From: Candidatus Glassbacteria bacterium
GTDB lineage: Bacteria > Gemmatimonadota > Glassbacteria > GWA2-58-10
DNA: 64,000 bases
Direction of reading: 5' to 3'
Assembly (NCBI GenBank): GCA_019456185.1
Contig: VRUH01000006.1
Location: 26,113 to 90,112, forward strand
Below the pieces are notes generated by a model. That model searched no databases. It was not told where the DNA came from and saw only the letters and a program-made list of their open reading frames with translations. The position numbers and the translations under genes were made by a program. Of this stretch, positions 59,699 to 64,000 are shown in pieces. Each line of letters begins with the position of its first letter. The first letter of the stretch is position 1.

Positions 59699-61734
59699 GT
59701 AAGACCCTGACGACATGCCCCTACTGCGGGACCGGCTGCACTTTTTATCTGGTGGGCGACGGCTATGGGGAACTCATCGGGGTGGAACCCGCCACCGGCC
59801 ATCCCTCGACCCGGGGCCAGCTTTGCGTCAAGGGCTGGAATGCTTTCAATTTCGTCAACCATCCCGACCGCCTGAAGACCCCCCTGATCAAAACCAATGG
59901 GAAATTCAGGGAGGCCGGCTGGGACGAGGCCCTGGGACTGGTCAGCGATAAATTACAGGAACTGGCGGCCAAATACGGCAGCGATTCGCTGATGTTCCAA
60001 TCCTCGGCCAAGACGACCAATGAGGAAAATTACCTGTTGATGAAACTGGCCCGGGCTGTCTTCAAAACCAACAACATAGATCATTGCGCCCGTCTCTGCC
60101 ATTCCTCAACGGTTGTGGGCCTCTCGGCGGCTTTCGGTTCCGGGGCCATGACCAATTCCATCGGCTGTTTCGAGGAGACCGAGCTGATATTCGTCACCGG
60201 CTCGAACACCACCGAGCAGCACCCGGTTATCGGCTCCAGGATCCTGCAGGCGGTCGGCAGGGGCACCAAACTGATCGTGGCCGACAGCCGGACTATCAGG
60301 CTGGCACGCTCGGCCCACCTGCACCTGAAACACAGGAACGGCACCGATGTGGCCCTGCTCAACGGGCTGATGCACGTTATCATCGCCGAGGGCCTAGAGG
60401 ATAAGCAGTTCATCGACAGCCGTACGGAGAACTATGCCGAGCTGATCAAAACCCTAAAGAATTATACACCGCAGGCAGTTGCCGAAATTACCGGGCTCGA
60501 AGCTCAGCAGATAGTCGAAGCCGCGAGAATGTACGCCACCGCCGGCAAGGCCATGTTGGTCTATTCAATAGGAATCACCCAGCACACCCATGGAGTGGAC
60601 AACGTAAAATCCTGTGCCAACCTGGCGATGCTTACCGGCAACCTGGGCTCACCCGGCACCGGGGTCAATCCGCTCAGGGGGCAGAACAACGTGCAGGGGG
60701 CCTGCGACATGGGCGCCCTGCCAAACGTCTATAGCGGCTACCAGAAAGTGGACGATGCGGCCATTCGCGGCCGGTTCGAGCGGGCCTGGGGCGTGCAGGG
60801 GCTGCCTTCAAGCCCCGGGCTGACCGAGACCCAGGCTATCGAAGCCGCCGCCGGGGGTACGCTCAAAGGCCTCTTCATCGTGGGAGAAAACCCGGTAATG
60901 TCCGGCCCGAACCAGGGCCACGTGAAAAAAGCTCTGGAAAAGCTGGAATTCATCGCTGTCCAGGACATATTCCCCACACCCACAACCGAATTTGCCGACG
61001 TTATCCTGCCGGCGGCCTGCTATGCAGAAAAAGACGGCACCTTCACATCCACTGAACGCAGGGTGCAGTTGGTCAACAAGGCGGCGCAACCAGTGGCCCA
61101 CAGCCGGGCCGACTGGGAAATAATCTGTGAGCTGGCTCGCCGGTGCGGCTATGGGGGCATGGACTACGCCTCACCCTCGGAAGTGATGGACGAGATTTCA
61201 AGCCTGACGCCGATCTACGGCGGGATCAGTTACAAACGGATAGACCCGGTGGGCCTGCAGTGGCCCTGCCCGGATAAAGACCACCCGGGCACCGCGATCC
61301 TGCATACCGGCAAGTTCACCAGGGGGCTCGGGCGGTTCTCTCCGGTAGAATACAGGCCTCCGGCCGAAACCCCCGACCGGGATTACCCGTTTATTCTTTC
61401 GACCGGCGGCAGCTACTTCCACTGGCTCACCGGCACCATGACCCGCAGGACCCAGGTCCTGCAGCGCGAGGAACGGGACCCCTACGTCGAGATAAACCTC
61501 ACCGACGCCGCACGGCTGGGAATCGGCGACCGCCAGCCGGTAGAGGTGGCCACGCGCCGCGGCAGCGTACGGGTGTTGGCCAGGGTAACCGATAAAATAA
61601 TTCCCGGGGTGATATTCATGCCGATCCATTTCGAAGAGAGCCCGGCCAACGCGCTGACCAACAACGCTCTCGACCCGGAGTCGAAAATCCCCGAATACAA
61701 GGTCTGCGCGGCCCGAATCAGGGGGTCTGAATGA
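59695..61734 (+). CDS. Formate dehydrogenase alpha subunit (FdhF-like, Mo/W-bisPGD, Cys ligand)
   Basis: CPYCGTGC...C.KG 4Fe-4S motif; DHCARLCH (TGC at the Sec-equivalent site); LRGQNNVQG; start ATG 59695 overlaps the upstream stop. Confidence 0.92.
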   Translation: MSKTLTTCPYCGTGCTFYLVGDGYGELIGVEPATGHPSTRGQLCVKGWNAFNFVNHPDRLKTPLIKTNGKFREAGWDEALGLVSDKLQELAAKYGSDSLMFQSSAKTTNEENYLLMKLARAVFKTNNIDHCARLCHSSTVVGLSAAFGSGAMTNSIGCFEETELIFVTGSNTTEQHPVIGSRILQAVGRGTKLIVADSRTIRLARSAHLHLKHRNGTDVALLNGLMHVIIAEGLEDKQFIDSRTENYAELIKTLKNYTPQAVAEITGLEAQQIVEAARMYATAGKAMLVYSIGITQHTHGVDNVKSCANLAMLTGNLGSPGTGVNPLRGQNNVQGACDMGALPNVYSGYQKVDDAAIRGRFERAWGVQGLPSSPGLTETQAIEAAAGGTLKGLFIVGENPVMSGPNQGHVKKALEKLEFIAVQDIFPTPTTEFADVILPAACYAEKDGTFTSTERRVQLVNKAAQPVAHSRADWEIICELARRCGYGGMDYASPSEVMDEISSLTPIYGGISYKRIDPVGLQWPCPDKDHPGTAILHTGKFTRGLGRFSPVEYRPPAETPDRDYPFILSTGGSYFHWLTGTMTRRTQVLQREERDPYVEINLTDAARLGIGDRQPVEVATRRGSVRVLARVTDKIIPGVIFMPIHFEESPANALTNNALDPESKIPEYKVCAARIRGSE

Positions 61735-62714
61735 AGGCGGCCAGTTTGGGACAGTTGGAGGATTTTCTCGGTTCGGTGCGGCAGGAGTACGAGGTGGTTG
61801 TGCCGGTGGCTCTCAGCGACGGCACCGTTTCCATGGGCAGCCCGGATGAAGGCAAGCTCAGCCTGACCGGCAGGCGGACCGCAGCCAGGCCGGCCAGCGT
61901 CTTCTTTCCCCACTGCGACCGGGTGCTGATTATTTCCTCCAGCGATGAGATGAGCCTGCCCGCCGCACCGGCCAAGCCTTTGCTGGTCGTGGGCCTCAGG
62001 GCTCCGGACTTGGATTGCCTGGAGTTCACGGACAACTTTTTCAACTGCGGCTACAGGGATGATCTCTATTTCAGCCGGCGCCAGTCTGCGGTTGTGGTGG
62101 GGCTTTCCGGCAGGTGCACCGAAGACGGCGGGTTTTCCAGAATCTGCGGCGGGAAATGTGACCTGGAACTGGTTTGCGATGGCGAGGTGTTCTATTGCGT
62201 TGCCTACTCCGGGCGGGGCCGGAAACTGGAAGAGAAGATAGAAGGCAGCCTCCGGCAGGGCCTGCCCGTGGAATTGACCGAAGAATCAGAGTCGCTCTCG
62301 GTCGAAGGAGAGGAACTGCTCAGAAAAACCGCCGAGCTGCTGGCCGGCCGAAAGGTGCCGGACCACTACTGGGCCGAACTGGCGGAGCGCTGTATCGAGT
62401 GCACCGGCTGTAACCTTGTTTGCCCGACCTGCACGTGTTTCGAGGTCTACGACAGGGATTACAACGGGCAAACCGTGCGCAGCCGGCTCTGGGATTCCTG
62501 CCAACTGAGTGGTTATGCCCGCGAAGCCAGCGGATTCAACCCGATGGGAGCGCAGATGAGCAGGACCCGCCGACGGCTCCACCACAAGCTGGTGGACGAT
62601 CCGCGAAGGTGGGGAGTGATCAGTTGTTTCCTCTGCGGAAGATGCGATGAAATCTGCCCCACGGGGATCGGCATCATGGCGGTCTCAAGAGAAATCGTCG
62701 ACCGGTTCGGCTAA
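61731..62714 (+). CDS. 4Fe-4S dicluster subunit (AsrA / sulfhydrogenase beta / FlxB-like)
   Basis: CIECTGCNLVCPTCTCF, WDSC and CFLCGRCDEICP motifs; ATGA overlap with the FDH gene. Confidence 0.88.
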   Translation: MKAASLGQLEDFLGSVRQEYEVVVPVALSDGTVSMGSPDEGKLSLTGRRTAARPASVFFPHCDRVLIISSSDEMSLPAAPAKPLLVVGLRAPDLDCLEFTDNFFNCGYRDDLYFSRRQSAVVVGLSGRCTEDGGFSRICGGKCDLELVCDGEVFYCVAYSGRGRKLEEKIEGSLRQGLPVELTEESESLSVEGEELLRKTAELLAGRKVPDHYWAELAERCIECTGCNLVCPTCTCFEVYDRDYNGQTVRSRLWDSCQLSGYAREASGFNPMGAQMSRTRRRLHHKLVDDPRRWGVISCFLCGRCDEICPTGIGIMAVSREIVDRFG

Positions 62715-62811
62715 TGCGCTCACCTGCCTGGGCGCACCCCATAACTCCTCCATACCGGATTCAATCCACCACAGATGCACTTACCGGTAGCGTTGACCAT
62801 CAGGAGTACCG

Positions 62812-63957
62812 ATGATCTATCAACCCGAAATGCTGATGATCGGCTCGGCCGGCAGAAACTCCGGCAAAACCCTGCTCGCCTGCAGGCTGATAGAAAAGTA
62901 CACACCCGGCGGCAAGATAACCGGCCTCAAGGTCACCACGGTAAAACATACCGCGGAACAGTGCCCTCACGGCCAGTCCGGGTGCAGTCTGTGCGCGGAG
63001 TTCGAGGGCAATTTCAGCATAGTCGAGCAAGCAGCTGGCGCCGACACTGCCAAGGATACCGGCAGGATGCTCGCCGCGGGTGCTGACCGGGTATTCTGGC
63101 TGCGCACCCGGGTGGGATATCTGGCACAGTGCTATGAGGCGCTCAGAAAAATGATCGACCCGGAGGCGAGCATCATCTGTGAGTCCAGCAGCCTGCGGCA
63201 GGTGGTGGAGCCGGGAGTATTTTTGGCCACCATGCCAGCCGGGGAGCCGGGCAATATCAAACCTTCCCTGAAAAAAGCGCTCTGCCATGTGGACAGGTTG
63301 CTTTATCCGGGCAGCAACGGGCCTGATATCGATCTGGATGACATAACGCTGCTGGACCGGCAGTGGCATCTGCGCTTGCCGGCGGCAGGGATAATCCTGG
63401 CGGGTGGAAAAAGCCGGCGGATGGGCAAAGACAAAAGCCAGCTTCCGGTCCGGGGAAAACCGCTGATCGAACACGTTTACAATCAGCTCAAACCATTGTT
63501 CGGCCAGATATTGATAAGCTCCGGCCTGCCCGGGCAGCACTGTATTAACGGCGCCCTGACGGTGCCGGATAAATTCCCCGGGGCAGGGCCGGTGATGGGT
63601 ATCATGAGTTGCCTCGAAGCCTCCGCCTGCCAGTTGAATTTCGTGGCGGCCTGCGATATTCCCGGCATCGACTATAGGTTGATCCGAATGATGTACAACC
63701 AGGCCGGGGACTACGATGCAGTTATCCCGCGATGGGGTGAGGCTGAATACGAACCATTATTCGGCTTTTACAGAAAATCGCTTTGTGGTCCATTCCGGTT
63801 GTTTATTGACTCGGGGGGAAGAAAAGTTCGCGAGGCCCTTGCTCCGCACCGGGTAAAATATATCAGGATCGAAAATGAACGCCGGCTGCGTAATCTTAAC
63901 ACGCCCAAAGATTATGCTGAGTTTATCAACGCGGTGCGGCTGGGCCCGGCGCACTGA
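62812..63957 (+). CDS. mobA: Molybdenum cofactor guanylyltransferase (MobA) fused to an N-terminal P-loop domain
   Basis: N-terminal GSAGRNSGKT and CPHGQSGCSLC; C-terminal ILAGGKSRRMGKDK, GAGPVMGI, ACDIP and NLNTP. Confidence 0.85.
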   Translation: MIYQPEMLMIGSAGRNSGKTLLACRLIEKYTPGGKITGLKVTTVKHTAEQCPHGQSGCSLCAEFEGNFSIVEQAAGADTAKDTGRMLAAGADRVFWLRTRVGYLAQCYEALRKMIDPEASIICESSSLRQVVEPGVFLATMPAGEPGNIKPSLKKALCHVDRLLYPGSNGPDIDLDDITLLDRQWHLRLPAAGIILAGGKSRRMGKDKSQLPVRGKPLIEHVYNQLKPLFGQILISSGLPGQHCINGALTVPDKFPGAGPVMGIMSCLEASACQLNFVAACDIPGIDYRLIRMMYNQAGDYDAVIPRWGEAEYEPLFGFYRKSLCGPFRLFIDSGGRKVREALAPHRVKYIRIENERRLRNLNTPKDYAEFINAVRLGPAH

Positions 63958-64000
63958 ATTTCAGGCAGTTTCCAATCAGGTACTTCTCCCGCTACTGCCC

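Noticed and set aside
1-64000. CRISPR array, rRNA, prophage or intact transposase
   Set aside because: No regularly spaced direct repeats, rRNA-like tracts, phage genes or full-length transposase ORFs were seen by eye.

Overview
64 kb of GC-rich (about 60%) bacterial chromosome, gene-dense and rich in secreted or periplasmic carbohydrate- and redox-related proteins. The style (Tat-exported oxidoreductases, DUF1080, IFDLL-type dockerin) suggests an FCB-group, Glassbacteria-like organism; this is a guess. No CRISPR, rRNA, prophage or intact IS is visible. The centrepiece, broken up by the ORF track at in-frame TGA codons, is a minus-strand selenium cluster at 18.1-25.5 kb: [UxxC TlpA-like/TPR/DsbD-alpha protein]-terminator-selA-selB-selD(Sec)-selC(tRNA-Sec, UCA anticodon)-[UxxC AhpC/TSA-like/DsbD-alpha protein]. 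Three in-frame UGAs fall exactly on catalytic Cys-equivalent positions, each followed by a compact SECIS-like hairpin. Both flanking selenoproteins have N-terminal export signals and resemble DsbD gamma-alpha fusions without the membrane domain, suggesting a Sec-based extracytoplasmic disulfide relay. Other content: an RND pair, a tetraheme NapC/NirT-FGE-fold fusion, pepD, a GH109-like oxidoreductase, an SSS transporter with a 28-aa partner ORF, madLM plus a malonyl-CoA synthetase-like gene, an AT-rich orphan lipoprotein, DUF1080 and TIM-barrel sugar genes, DUF362-dockerin, a GH20-like gene, a non-Pyl MttB plus NSS transporter, a MacAB-TolC-like exporter with three adaptors, and a Cys-type formate dehydrogenase between AsrB- and AsrA-like subunits followed by a MobA fusion. 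Several small gene remnants (XDH, DUF2961, IS3) and REP-like hairpins sit in intergenic gaps. All family assignments are from by-eye motif recognition, not database searches.
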